Assembly: GCA_002269645.1 (NCBI GenBank)
Contig: NIVC01003262.1
Span: 44,601-108,600, forward strand
DNA from: Macrostomum lignano
Taxonomy: Eukaryota
DNA length: 64,000 nt
Reading direction: 5' to 3'
Positions 1 to 13,080 of the stretch are shown here, piece after piece. Below the pieces are notes generated by a model, which was given only the letters and a program-made list of their open reading frames with translations, searched no databases and was not told where the DNA came from. Made by a program: the position numbers and the translations under genes. Positions within the stretch are counted from its first letter, which is position 1. Each line of letters starts with the position of its first letter.

Positions 1-1866
1 GTACCATGGGGATTTCGAGAGGAAGCCTCCGATGGAAAACCGCTGAATACAGACCCCAGCAAATGTTTATCCCATCAGGCAATCCTTGTCATCCGTTTGG
101 TCAGCGGCGCTTATTCCTCTTGGAAAGCGAGGGGTAATAAAGCCTCGCTTTGATGAGACAAATTATCTGCTTTACGGCGGCACTGTAGCGTCCGTAATGT
201 GAGGCTGTGCCCATCCTCCGTACAGGTGACAATTAAAAAATTGTTGCGCCCTGTTTGTGTGCGAGAGGTTTGACTACCACTGGCATGTAGTCTGTCACAG
301 CTGCTTAATGTGCCAACTGTGTGCAGTAAAATCCGTCAAAGTGTGAGCGGCATCGTTTGGCATTGCTTTGTTTGATATTGCTTAAAGAAATAATAGTTTG
401 CCTACCAAACAAAAAGGCTATTTTACTTTTGAAATATTCATGATTGATAAAATATCCTCTTCTACCGATTAGCTATTCGATGCACGACGCTTTGAGTTTT
501 AGACACAGTCTTTTATTTGAAAAATATTTTAAACAGCTGCTTTATGAACAATTATGAATACAACTGTGTCTAATTATGGACTTATCACGCAAAGTTGCCC
601 TGCCTTATCCAGGCATGCAAAGTGATCATCTGTTTACTGCAAAGTCGTATCCAATGGCTTCACGAGCCTGCGGGTGTTAAGCCGTTCTTTAGAAGTCAAG
701 AGTCTATAATAGTTTTTATGTTCTCTGAAACATGTTAAAACTCTTGTCTCTAAATTTTGGCAACAGAATTGGAACGACGCAAGTGTATTTAATGACTTTT
801 GATTAGTTTTAATCCACTATTAGACTATACATAACTTTGAAATTTGAAATACATGTAATTTATGTTTGCTTTATAAATATTTTTTTATTATTATTTCAAC
901 AGTTATGTATAAATTTTGTTTAAATCAAATTGAAAATGTTGCCCATTAAGCTTCTTAGTTCTTCATACGTCATAGCCGTAAAAGATAAAAACACAATATA
1001 GCGTTTTAATTAGTTCTTAATTTGGGTTAAATAAATAGGTCATAGCCATAAACAATACTGGACATAATAAACCATCATAAGTATTTTTATTAATTTATTT
1101 AAACAGTTTTGCATAAACTTTTTTAAAATTAAATTATAATCAACTAAGCTTCTTAGTTTTTTAAATTTAAATTAAGCCATAAGAGGATAAAAACATAATA
1201 AACCATCGTCCCACCTTTGAAGACGACAGCGTCTTCATTCACTAGTTATTCATGTGTTTATCATACAGTTGGATGTAGTCATTCATTTTGTCCGTAAAAT
1301 CGCCGAGATCCAAAATCGACACACGCGTATCTATATATATGCTATATGGATAGCTCATATATATTCTTATAGCAGGTCAGCAATCATACCAAATTAGTTC
1401 CGTTCAAATTTGAAGCCAAACGCCAAACGCCAAACGCTTGTTGAAGCGGTCCAGAGCGTAGGCTGCGCTAATGTGCGCGAATTCGTGGACGTGCACTGCA
1501 CAGGGCTGCTGAACGTCGACGGCAACGACATCGTCGTCGACGAAGAGACGCCGACAACTGCAGCAGCGGCGCAAACCATGACTTCTGGCCAGGTGGCCAA
1601 GCCGACACATGGGCAGCGGCCGGCAGATCTGCCAGCCAACGCCCAGCGTCTCGGCCAGTCTTGCACTCCTGTAGCAGCTGCATCCGTCGACCCTGCAGAC
1701 GCTGCCGCCGTCGAATAGTTCCGAAAAACATTCGGAGAAATTATGGACGACGTACGCGAAAGTAGAATTCGACTATTAATATACTGCTTGTAATTCCATT
1801 GCAATGTTACTGATTTAAATCAGTATGATTTAAATGCTACTATAAACGCGCATCCAATAATACCTT

Positions 1867-3015
1867 TTGCAGATGATGCGTGTAGAGTCCATCGTCCGGG
1901 TACTCTGCACAATAGTGGACGCGGGCGATGAAGATGGCACGCCATTCGACACAGTTGAACGGCGCTTCTCGATGCTGACTAGCCTGCCATTAGCAGATGC
2001 TTTTCGCGGGGTCAATTCATCGATGGCCGACCGTGACATTAGCGGCTTCGTCGGCACGCACTGTGTGGAAGTTTTTCGTCTTTCTAAACAAAATCAGCAG
2101 TTAGTGTTTCAGCCAGTACACCAGCCAATTCGCCGCCTGACACTCGCAGAGCGCCATGCGAATGCCATCTCCGCAGGCAGAGAAGAGGCGCGCATCCGCG
2201 CCGTACATTGCAGGTGCGATGCACTAACTGCAGTGTCAATTTTCGACTGGCCGACCGAGGTGGTGCGTTTGGTGCAGCCGTTGACTAATCATTTCTTCAA
2301 CGGGGGCCAGCAGATCTACTTGGCCAAGTCGACAATGGTGCTGCGCATAGAGATCGCACTACTAGCCCAGCGTCTGACCGTGCTTATATTGGGTCTGCAT
2401 CAGACTCTGAACCATCGACACGGCAGTTCAAGCTTTGACGCGGCCCAATATATGCTGCGGCATACGCTGAAAGCGTTCAAACTGCCTGCAAAGTCGAAGC
2501 CTGCGTACCACAGTATACAGGACTGTGCTGATTGCGATGCACCGCTGTGCACGGCATCGCAGGCGCTGTTCATGGACTTTGGGTATAATGAGCAGCTTGG
2601 CGGTCGTCAAGGATACAGCGGCGGCGGTCGTCGCCGAATAACTGACGCACTGCTTGGCGACGCCTGCGCCAGACTGATGAAAACTGGGCCAAACGAGCGC
2701 AAGTGTCTGCTGTATATTGTATTATGCTACAGCATTATGATTGTCCTCGTCGAATGCCACTATTTAAATTTTGATGCCGGCGAGCCCAGCGTCGAACTGT
2801 TCAAGTGCGCCGGCGACGAGGCGACGCGTCGCAGAGACGCTTTCGACAGCATGGGGCTACTGCCTGACCGGGTCGGCGTCCCGCGCGTGCTTGCCACTCG
2901 ACATGCCGATGCCGCGTGCAGCACAGACAACCCGTCGATCGACGAGTTGCTGTGCTCCATACCGAAGGATTTGTTCCCGAGTGTACGCACAGGGACGGCG
3001 ACGTTCATGAATTAA
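1867..3015 (+). CDS. Uncharacterised 382-aa ORF, probably an accessory gene of the CACTA-like region
   Basis: Long GC-rich ORF with no recognisable domain. It shares the 16-mer AGATGGCACGCCATTC (DGTPF) with the ORF at 11139-11639 and lies within the zone of GCAGATCTGC palindromes. Confidence 0.35.
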   Translation: MQMMRVESIVRVLCTIVDAGDEDGTPFDTVERRFSMLTSLPLADAFRGVNSSMADRDISGFVGTHCVEVFRLSKQNQQLVFQPVHQPIRRLTLAERHANAISAGREEARIRAVHCRCDALTAVSIFDWPTEVVRLVQPLTNHFFNGGQQIYLAKSTMVLRIEIALLAQRLTVLILGLHQTLNHRHGSSSFDAAQYMLRHTLKAFKLPAKSKPAYHSIQDCADCDAPLCTASQALFMDFGYNEQLGGRQGYSGGGRRRITDALLGDACARLMKTGPNERKCLLYIVLCYSIMIVLVECHYLNFDAGEPSVELFKCAGDEATRRRDAFDSMGLLPDRVGVPRVLATRHADAACSTDNPSIDELLCSIPKDLFPSVRTGTATFMN

Positions 3016-3089
3016 TTTGTGATCTGTGAGGCAGTGTGTATATTTTTGTCTAGTAGTCAGACAGTTTCTGTGCATGTTGCTGCCCTATA

Positions 3090-3430
3090 GACGAGGGTCA
3101 CTCCGAAAGTTTTTAGAATGGAACGGTTATAATGCTAATAACAAAACAAAACTCTAAACTATTTTAAAGTAACTCCCTCCAACAGCAATGCACTTCTCTA
3201 TTAGGCGAAATTACTGCTGAAAAGCGTGTGAGAAGGCCGAACTTGACAGGGTGTCCATTGCATGCATGTAAGTTTGCAGGGCTGCATCTGGGGTCTCAAA
3301 TCGCTGGCCCCGAATCTGCTGTTTGACTGTCGGAAACAGGAAAAAGTCGCAGGGGCCAAGTCATGCGAGTAGGGTGGGTGGGAGACCGATGCGACCTTCA
3401 TCACTCAGACAGGCGCGCTGCGAACGAAAC
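3090..3430 (-). pseudogene. Mariner (DD34D-type) 3' remnant with one TIR
   Basis: The minus strand gives HPPYSHDLAP, then after a frameshift CDFFLFPTVK...EKCIAVGGSYF. A mariner-type end ACGAGGGTCACTCCGAAAGTT starts at 3091, with TA immediately outside. Confidence 0.85.
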
Positions 3431-3955
3431 TCGTAAATTGAGCTGCGAATAGTGATCGGTTGCAATACGCTCGTAGAATACGCGTGCACAGGAACTGTCA
3501 GAACGGACTTGTATCCGCCAGTTAGGCTTTTAAAATTAGCACTGCTTTTCACCGACAACCCTCCCTGCTTTGATTTTGTCTGTTCTACTAGCCCGTTCTT
3601 TCTAATGCGTGTTCCATTCGCAGTTATAAGTAATTAGATTTAGCCGATCCTGATTTGCATCGGTGAAATGATAAATGCAGAAAAAACGGTATCACAGAGA
3701 GTGAACAGTATAGTAGAGCAAATGTGGCCAGTCTGGTGTCTGTGCGGAGGCTGGCAGATCTGCCAGCCAAAGTACAGATTTCGGCCGTGCACGAATTTCC
3801 GATGTCTAAGCCGCGTACCCAAGTAGCAAGTAGAGTAGTTTTTTCATTTATACACGTACTATTCTGCTTCTCTGTCCGTCGTCCGTTGATTCGTCAGTTA
3901 ATTAATTCTTTCCATCGCTTTCCATCGCCCTTCATGTTGGTCACGCGACCTTGTC

Positions 3956-4090
3956 CTTGTCCGATCTTGCAGATGCCACCTGCTCTTTAAAGCGTGCCGA
4001 CTTTCTTGTCCGATCTTGCAGATGCCACCTGCTCTTTAAAGCGTGCCGACTTTCTTGTCCGATCTTGCAGATGCCACCTGCCCTTCAAAA
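3956..4090. repeat. 49-bp tandem repeat, about 2.8 copies
   Basis: Unit CTTGTCCGATCTTGCAGATGCCACCTGCTCTTTAAAGCGTGCCGACTTT at 3956, 4005 and 4054. Confidence 0.95.
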
Positions 4091-4631
4091 CGCGCAAATT
4101 CCCTTGTCCCATTGCCATTGTGCTGTTTAAAATTTTACAATTAAATACTGGCCAGTTCGGCATTTGAAGCTTGCATTTTAATACTTTTTTATCATGGAAC
4201 ATTCGTGTCCACCATGTTTCATTATTGCATTTGTACCGTTGGAAGTAAAAAAAACTTACCATCTGTTATTGCTTCGCTGTTGCTGTTTACGAACGTTCTG
4301 CTTGATCATTACAGATCATGGTTGCATTGCCTTACACTCATTTCATTGAACCATCTAACCACGATTTCTAGTACAGAATTTCAACTGTTGCCGTTCATTC
4401 GGCCATTATGCTAGTGCTATTGTATACTATGGTCAACAGTCGCAGTAGTCAAGGTAATCCTGTATCCTCTCATTTTAGTAGGGTACCGTAGTGATCTGGA
4501 ATAGCTACCCACGCCTATATAGATTAGACCCCGATTCATCAAAACCTATTGCATATATGAATGTCATATAGCTCATCGGATTAGTATAATACCGTTTTGT
4601 AACAAAACAGCCCTACTCTGACTTCTCCAGC

Positions 4632-7601
4632 ATGGACGACGTCGGCACTTCAGCACAGTCTGCAGGGCCAGAACCGACGGACGAAACGCACAATGCAACG
4701 CACTATATGAGAAATTGGCGGCTTGGCATACGTAAAAGGGCCGCACCCGCATTGACTGGCAAGCAGAGAATGCAAGCATTGCGGCAACGCCGATTACGTG
4801 GGAAACGCGCGAATCCGGCAGATCTGCCATGCAACACTCTGGTCTCCAGCCCCAACAAGGATGGCAGCGACGCATCCGACCAGAGCGACTCAGCCAGCCA
4901 CAACGAGGAGGGCAGCGACGCATCCGACCAGAGCGACTCAGCCAGCCTCGACGAGGAGGGCAGCGACGCATCTGACCAGAGCGACTCAGTCAGCCTCAAC
5001 GAGGAGGGCAGCGACGCATCCGACCAGAGCGACTCAGTCAGCCTCAACGAGGAGGGCAGCGACGCATCCGACCAGAGCGACTCAGCCAGCCTCAACGAGG
5101 AGGGCAGCGACGCATCCGACCAGAGCGATCCATCCAGTTCCAGAGCGGATCATATTTTCATAGACAGACCATTTCATAAAAGAACCGAAGCGGATGGGCT
5201 CCTAACGACAGGAGAAGCGGCCACATTAATTGCGGACTACTGCTCCAAATGGAAAGCATGCAGAGAGCAGAAGAGAGAACTACTTGGTTTATTACGTAAG
5301 CTGATGCCTAGCGCAGATGTGCCGGGGTCACCGCATGTACTTTCTGAGGTTGTGAAAGCTCGCTTTCGACAAGAATGCAGATCTGCATTACCAACCTCGG
5401 AATGCTACAGTGTGTGTGCGAAATGTAGACAAAGTCGCCTCGGTCGAAATGCGCCTACGTGTTCAACGTGCGGTAGCGAAGAAGTTGCCAGCTTTTGGCT
5501 CTGTGACGCAAAGGATCAACTTCGGCGCTGCATCCGACGCGGAATGCTGGAACATGTTGTTTGGCCGGCTGATCAACCATCAGATGACATGTTCCGACGA
5601 CAACTACACTACGTTAACAGTGCATTGTACAGGGAGTTCTTAGCGTCGATTGAACCTCGACGTAGATGCGATCTGTCGTACACGCTATGTTCCGACGGAT
5701 TTTCGTTGCGGAAAAGCAGTAACGTCGAGGTCTGTCCAGTGTAGATATCTGTAACGGAAGTGTACGAACGCATGAAGTATAATTACGTGATTGTATGCGG
5801 AGTCTGGGCTGGACACGTTAAATTGCATGCGGAGAGTTTCCTACCAATTGTTGTTCGTCTGTTGAACGAGCTAAGGTTCCAAGGCGTCGAGTATGTAGAC
5901 AGACACGGCGATAAGCAGATTCTTAGACTGCAACCTTTCCAGGCCATCTTCGATGCCCCTGCTAGAGCGGATGCACTAGGTATGAAGCGATTTAACGCGA
6001 TATACGGATGCGACAAATGTTACATTCGGACGAAGAAACAGACGTTTGGATCTAGACGTATGTTTCCGCTCGAAATCACCAACGCTATGCTGAACGCCGC
6101 TGTCAGACGTGGGTGTACACAGACAGAGTTCCGGTGCGTCACCGACACTAACATGCTTGCCGATCGGCACGAGTCCGAAAGAGACAGAATGCGCGTGGCT
6201 CGTATTGACGACAAGACAGACATGCTTGGAGTGCGAACCGGATCTCCACTGAGTGAACTGGCCGGGTTCGACTACATTAGGGGTTGTCCGCCGTGCTATT
6301 TGCACCGAACCTGTGCTGGTCTGACCAGTTATCTGATGTACCAGTTGTTCCTAATACGACATCAAAAGCCAGACCAGATGGCGACAAACCCCGATTTGTA
6401 CCGACGGATTAGCCAGATTGATGAACGGCTTGCAAGAATTCGAGTGCCATATAGTGTTCAGAGACGCGGACCAAGGTCACTAAACCTGTTGAAGAGATAT
6501 CGGGGCCATGAGTTTGAAATGTGGATGTTAGCTTACGGTCCGATGGTACTGGAAGATTTCCTGGCATGCTATGACCACGGCAGGTACTATCAGCTACTGC
6601 TGGCTTTATCGTCCGCCATGTTCGCATTGTCGTGTGTTGGTTCGTCGATCGACGATCTGACACATGTGCGAACGACATTGTCGTACTTTCATCGCCTACT
6701 CCAGATGATGTTCCCCAATCGGGCTTTGACTTTTAACGCTCATCAGGTATGCGTGCATACCCTGATGCACGCAGAGTTGGCAGGGCCAATACACCAGTTA
6801 TCGGCATCACTTTTCGAGTCATTTCATTGTAGTATTCATAAACGCATACGCGGCTCGCGAGCGACCGAGGTAGAAATAGCGAATGTCATTCAAACTGAGC
6901 TATAAGTTGCACCATTGGCTGAAAAGACAACTGAAGATCTTCAGTTGCCTAACACGCCAGTCGCCAGACGCATGACAATGAAGAAAATCAGGTGTGGCAC
7001 TGTGGCTGGACCTAGAAGATATGCTGGCAATCCGAGTAAATGGGAGCGAGTTACATTGCATGACGGCACAATGATCGATGTCTTTAGACAGTCTGTGTCA
7101 CAGAAAAGAGTTGTCTCCAGCTTTGTTGCCGTATGGACTGACGCTGGTCGGTCAGCGATAGACTTTGGTCGCGTCTACGAATTGGAAGCGGATGAGGATG
7201 GAGGCGATCTACATCTACTGATGGAACCGCTCCGTCTGGTCGTACCGATGGAGGATCCTCTATCAGTGCTCGTGGCCATTCCGGTCGATGCGCCAAACCG
7301 AGGTTGCCGACTCATCCACGTCCGGAAGCTGGCTTGCGATCCGTTCGGTGACATTGGCGGCAATGTTATTCGTGTTCCTATCAAATTGATTGTGGGATCC
7401 TGTGCTGTCAGCGACACGCATGTAGTCGCGCTGCTGCATGCGCAACTATCTTTTTCGTTAATTTGCTCCTCTATGCGCTTGTGTGTTCGTTGTACTGTCC
7501 AAGCCCATTGTATTGTATTGCCGTTGCTTAATAAGTTCGCGGAAAAGACAATTCTGAGTAAGCTGTCACCTCAAACGTTTGCTTGCATATACCCCACATA
7601 A
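4632..7601 (+). pseudogene. CACTA/EnSpm (CMC superfamily) transposase, one frame with two premature stops
   Basis: ORFs 4632-5744, 5760-6905 and 6915-7601 share one frame, broken by TAG 5742-5744 (CPV*ISVTEV) and TAA 6903-6905 (TEL*VAPL). CMC motifs: CxxC..CxxC, LCSDGFSL, FDAPARADALGMKRFNAIYGCDKC, CYLHRTCAG, FNAHQVCVH, GPIHQLSASLFESF. Confidence 0.85.
4863..5130 (+). repeat. 48-bp coding tandem repeat (GSDASDQSDSASLNEE, about 5.7 copies) in the transposase N-terminus
   Basis: A 16-aa acidic Ser/Asp unit is visible directly in the translation of 4632-5744. Confidence 0.95.
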
Positions 7602-8540
7602 TGAGACTTTTTAACGTAGTTTTCAGACAGATTGTTGCTTTTCTATGTCCTATGAAACGATGCTGCAAAGCAGTCACTCAATTCCAAATGGGTGACAGTT
7701 TCCTGCTTGTAATAGCCTTCGCTCATCGTTCGTTCATCGTCCAGATCCAGGCATGCGTCTGGGATGAGACTTCATCACATAACACTTTTGGAAGCAGCTG
7801 AAAGCGCTCAGGAATCTGGGGTCGTATCACTTTTTCGACCACTGCGTCTTAGCCTTTAGTTGAGGAGACTAAAACTTGACATGACAGTTCTCAGCTATTG
7901 AACAGAAGACTGGAAGTCTCATTTTATTTGCATAATAGAAATATGCAATTTTACGAACTCATTAAGCAGTCTTCGTACCGTCAAGTACTGTACCGCTCAT
8001 TGCTGAGATAAAATCTGCTCCATTGTATGTTGCCATCCTATTTATAAACGTCTTCAACTTTATCTATGAACGTTATAAGACTCATTCACACAGGCGTCAA
8101 ATAAGGCAAAGGTTCATACGTTCACAATATCTTTACATCAATGGTCATTCTTTTGTACAGCAGATGCGTACTTCCACAACCACTATGCAGATGACACTGT
8201 GAATGAATCTTAAGAGCGGCATCAGGATCCACCAATATGGGGACTCTACATTTATACGGTATCACTTAATGTATGAAATCTGCCAATTTAAATTTTTCCT
8301 TTACTGTGTAACTGCGTCACTGTATCAAACACGTATCAGTAAATATGTGCTTCACGCATTTTGCGTCAATCATTACATTGTATCTCGTGTTTCGTCATTA
8401 AGTACATCATTATGTAGTTGCATTGAACCAAGAATGTATTTCACCACATCGACTGGTTGGCCGTCCAGTCTCCCATAACGAACTTCCTTAGAACTAACTT
8501 TAGCGTATACGTAAGATCTTGTGGAAATTAGGATCGTATC

Positions 8541-9691
8541 TTGAGAGCGTCCTTTTCTATTCTTAAAAATTTCATAATGTGTTATTTGAAGTTATATGCT
8601 TTTGAAAATCCCTTTTCAGTCGTCTGCTTGACTTGGAAAGTAATGGGCAAGAGCTGCCTTAATCACTTTAAAGAGGACGAACCTCCCGTTGATATAGACG
8701 CGGAACAAGCGGAAAAGCGACCGCGCAAAAGTGTACAACCAAACGACCAATCGACAGTCTCGAAAGCGTCGCCTCAGTCGGAAATCTTCGATGGGGCCGC
8801 CAGCGCGAGGTCAACAAAGAAGAAAAACCGCCAACATACCAGTGCAAGCGAAGCAATTGCCTCCGATGGAATGCGCGGTTATAAATCTGCAGATTCATCC
8901 TCGTGGGCTGTCATTTACGACATCAACAACGACAGAGGTGCGATAATTAGCACCGATATTGTTGCGCTTGACGATCGTCATGAGCAACTCACTGTTGGTT
9001 GTCGCATTATCGTCGTGACAGCCAAAACAAAGACTGCTTCGGCCGCAAGATATGGCGCCGCTATATGGAGTGGATCATACACTAGCATAGCTGCTGCGCA
9101 ATGCGTCGCATCCGCGCCGGGCCCGTTTCAAACTAATAGTGCGCCGAATCCTTGTGGTTCGTGTTGTACACTAACCAACCAATTGCGCTCGCAAGTTTCC
9201 ATTGTGGACGAGCAACGTGCGTAACAGTAAAGAAACTATTGTTTTACTGCGTAATTTGAATATCTTTGTATTGAATAACTAGTCAAATTATTCAACAACA
9301 GCAACTCTCGATATTTATCTGCACGCACTCTATCACAGGTGATCGCATTCGGGCTCTCGAAAAAGATATTGAAAATGAGAGGGAACGTTTGGCACATCTG
9401 GCGCAAAGTAATACACAGTTGTTGAACGAAGTTGATTAACTTCGCGCTCAGCTGCAATCGCTTGAGGAACAAATGGCGCAGAACGGAAACGCTGACTCCA
9501 GTCGGGACACCAAAATTCAGCAGGTTATGAGCGTGGTTGAGCGCCGGTGTGAACGACTACTCAGTGACTGCAGGCAGACTCCGGAGGAGAAGGCTAAAAA
9601 ATCAGACGATGTAAAAAGATGGCGCGCCGCTAAGAAGACACAGCTGGCCGGCACCGCCAAGGAAGCCGTCGAGGGAGCCACCGAACCTTAG
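8541..9691 (+). CDS. Uncharacterised ORF(s) downstream of the CACTA transposase, a possible second (TnpA-like) gene
   Basis: ORFs 8541-9224 (basic NLS-like KRPRK, then WAVIYD...IWSG) and 9473-9691 lie on the transposase strand. No domain was recognised. Confidence 0.3.
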
Positions 9692-12189
9692 GCGGACTGT
9701 TGGCGTGGAATTTTATAAGTTTTACAAGACAATTTATCAATTAGCTAATATTATAAATTGTTTTCGCGCACTGTTTTACTGTTTTTGTTTGTTTTTTACA
9801 AAGTACTTCGTCCTGTTTGGCTCGATTCGTCCCATAGCAGATCTGCTATTTTAATACAGGACGCAAATCTTTTGAAAGTTAGTCCGGTACTTTTGCCATT
9901 TATCTTTTATCTTTGATAAATGTCTTTATATTTATCTTTGTGTGCTTTATTTTACATTTCTCTAGTTTTTTTCTGTTCAAATGTTTACGGTTTACTGTTT
10001 CATTTTCAGTGGAGTTAAGATTTGAAGTAGGTCTGAACTTAGAAAGGCCAGACACATAACTTCTTAACTTAACAATGATGCAGGAGTCCGTCCTTATAGG
10101 TGGGAATTCCCTTTGCCCAAAGCACGTAAGACTGCGTGACTCTATTATACTTCGGAAACTAGAACCACATTCGGTGCACTTACTTGCCTTAGGGAAGGCA
10201 TGATTTCTCAAAGTGTGTGACTCAGTATCTACTTTAGAACCTGATTTCAGCTCCCACTGTACCAGGAGGGGCCCTCGGTCATGTGATCCCCCCCGTAAAC
10301 ATGGATCTACGAGTGCAGCACGCACGTCAGTATCGTATACAGCGTCCACATGCGTTAATAGTACTAATAATAATCGAAATTTTTACTTATACTACATACA
10401 CCTTTTCCAACCTTTTTCCTAGCTGTTTTTTACGTATTCATTGTCGTGCTTTTTTGCACCAATAAAAATGAAAAGTAGTGAACATGTTTATTAAATCTTT
10501 TACATCAGTTAATACGTACTGTCTTGTTAATACGTACTCTAAATTTGTATATACATTATACATAGTAAGGTAATAGATTCCGAAAAAGTGCTAGTGCGAG
10601 TTCTAGTGCACAACCCGTTTTGATTTGTTAGAGGTTTTGGAGTCTGCCCCAACCGCCTCGTGCCTTAGTGCCGAGTTAGTTGTATTATATGCTGAGTTTT
10701 GTTAAGTCAATTATAAAAACAAATGCCCAACGACCTTTCAATCCTTTATCCCATCTCATGATCGCTGGTCTCCGACGCTGTTTTCGGGCCACACTGCCTC
10801 ACCGAACAACATCCACTTCTCTCTGTTACAGACGTCCGGCGCTTCAAATCGCACAGTTGGTCCATTAAGCACACTGCGACTGAGTACCGACGAAGCAAAG
10901 TATGCGTTTGCGGAGTCCATATGGAATACACCTGCTTGGAGATACGCCGTCGGCGACATCGTCATCGAATTGTGCACGAAGCTGTCAGAGTTCTGTACCG
11001 TCGGCCACATTCGCGCCTTAACGAACAGGAGTCCGATATTGTTGCTACTTATTCAACTAGTTACTGACCAGCAGATCTGCTCAGCGTCAACCTCGTCGGC
11101 TTTTACAATTGATGCATGCGACCCATTGATGCATACAATTGATGCAGTCGTTCAACGAAAGCCACTTGTTTCCGAAGGATTTCAAAGCTTCGAACGACAC
11201 AGTTGATGACGCCGTTGGACGATCGTCCATCGCACTAGCGACATCTGCAACGCCAAGTCGATTGGATATTACCGTTGGCACACGGGATTGCGAAGACAAT
11301 CAGGTAAGAGTTTCCAGCGCACTCGGCATTTCGTGGACGCAACTGCACGACGAAGCCATTGCCGCGCAAGCCGGCGAATCAGATGGCACGCCATTCACTT
11401 CGTCTCCGGTCTACGAGCTGCCGATCAACGAAAGCCAGTTGTTTCCGGATGACAACTATCCTACGAATGACAATTCTATCGACACAGCTGACGCTACTAG
11501 TCAACGGTCGTATAATATGGCAATGCCTGTTGGCGAACCGTCACTGTCTGTTAGAGCTAGACAATCGAGTATGTATGTACATTACTGTTTCTTTATAGCT
11601 GTGTATATTTCGGAGAAAGTACATTCCATCGCCATTTAATTTAACTTTATAATACAGAGTCGTTCCATTGTGCCGGCATATAATGCAAGCCCCTGTCGGT
11701 GGTCTCACTAATAGCCGTCCGCACGCGCGACCCGATCTTTCAAACGTCTGGCTCACGCGTCGACTCCCGTCAGAGTCGCGTCCGAGTACAGTAGGTCCGA
11801 CCTCGCCAGCGAGTACACCAGCTCGCAGCAGATCACCAATTCAGTAGTATCAATTGGTAACCACAGTATAAGTAGGTCTACTTATAACTGGACTCCCGAA
11901 ACTCAGACGCATGCCACGCTGTTCTCCAGAAGTTTCCGTTCATGTTGAGCTACCGTTTAGTTTGTATAAGGCGCTTACAAATGACATCCCGCTGTTAAAT
12001 ATAGAGATGCTGCTCATAAAATCTAGAAGCACCACTTTTTATACGCTTTTTTTACTGCGAAATTTGATGTCAATGCCTTCCCGCTTTCTTTCGCATGGAT
12101 TACCCGACTTTTACCTGGTCAGCGCATCCTGTTTGTCAGACAGGATAACAAACAAGATAAAAAACAGGATAACACGATGTTTCCCTGCA

Positions 12190-13080
12190 GGATTCGCATG
12201 AAGGGCATGATTCGCATCAGGGCGCAGTTCAGGGCGCACGACCGGTCGCGGCCCCCGCTGTGGAGGCTGTAAGTCGCATGTGCACCTGAAATGCAGTGGA
12301 CTCAAGCGCAGCGAGTTGTACGCGCTGGACGATACGAAAGGCCGCTAGACATACTCGAGCTGCAGAGGCGACACCACGCAGGCCGACATGAGCGACTCCT
12401 AGCGAATAGCACTCCTAGCAGCAACCCTAGCGAAGCCCCCCTCCCCAGAGTCAAGACCGGGGCAGCGCAGGATCAAGGGGTCACCACCACCAGTAATAAT
12501 AGCAACACGGGCCGTTGTTCCATTTGCAATAGTCACCGCAGGAGAGGCGAAGGAGCCAGGTGCCGGAACTGCGGTGTAAAGGTGCACTGGTCCTGCACGG
12601 GCACTCACACGCGGAAGCAGATCGACGGTCTCAAGCGCTGGGGCTCGACCTGTCAGGAATGCCGGGCAGAAGCTGGAGTACCGCTTGAGGGCACCAATCT
12701 CCTGCCGCCAACCACTACCAAGCACGTCAAGCCAAAGGCGGCCACTGGACCGGGGACCGCACAGGGCGATCAAAAAAACTGGAGCCAAGCATTTGAGAAT
12801 TTTACAATGGAACTGCGACCACTACCGGGCAAAGGAAGTTGAGCTTAAAGAGCTCGCTAGAAGGCAGAGAGCGGACGTCATTCTGCAGGAAAGCAAAATG
12901 TGGACAGAAGACCCTCGTGGAATGAACAGGTTACATTGCCTAGCGCAAGGACTGCAGCAGGCACAGGCAGCACGCCGTTGAGAGAGAAGGGGGTTTGATT
13001 ACCCTGATACGGCACGGCATCAAGTTCGAGCGGATTCAGCACAGCCTCCCCGAGACGGCGATCGAATTGGCCGGGCGATA
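12190..13080 (+). pseudogene. 5' part of a non-LTR retrotransposon: two PHD-like fingers plus the N-terminus of an APE endonuclease, frameshifted
   Basis: CGGCKSHVHLKCSGL; CSICNS..CRNCGVKVHWSC..CQEC; LRILQWNCDHYRAK..ADVILQESK; and in another frame REGGLITLIRHGIKF. No RT follows. Confidence 0.8.

Noticed and set aside
5742-5744. Programmed readthrough or a non-standard genetic code
   Set aside because: Intact ORFs in this window end normally at TAA, TAG and TGA, and similar single nonsense lesions occur in other dead elements (29240, 55619).
9900-10349. C2H2-like motif (H..H..CTEC) suggesting an R2-type retroelement
   Set aside because: A single partial motif with no RT or other supporting domain nearby.
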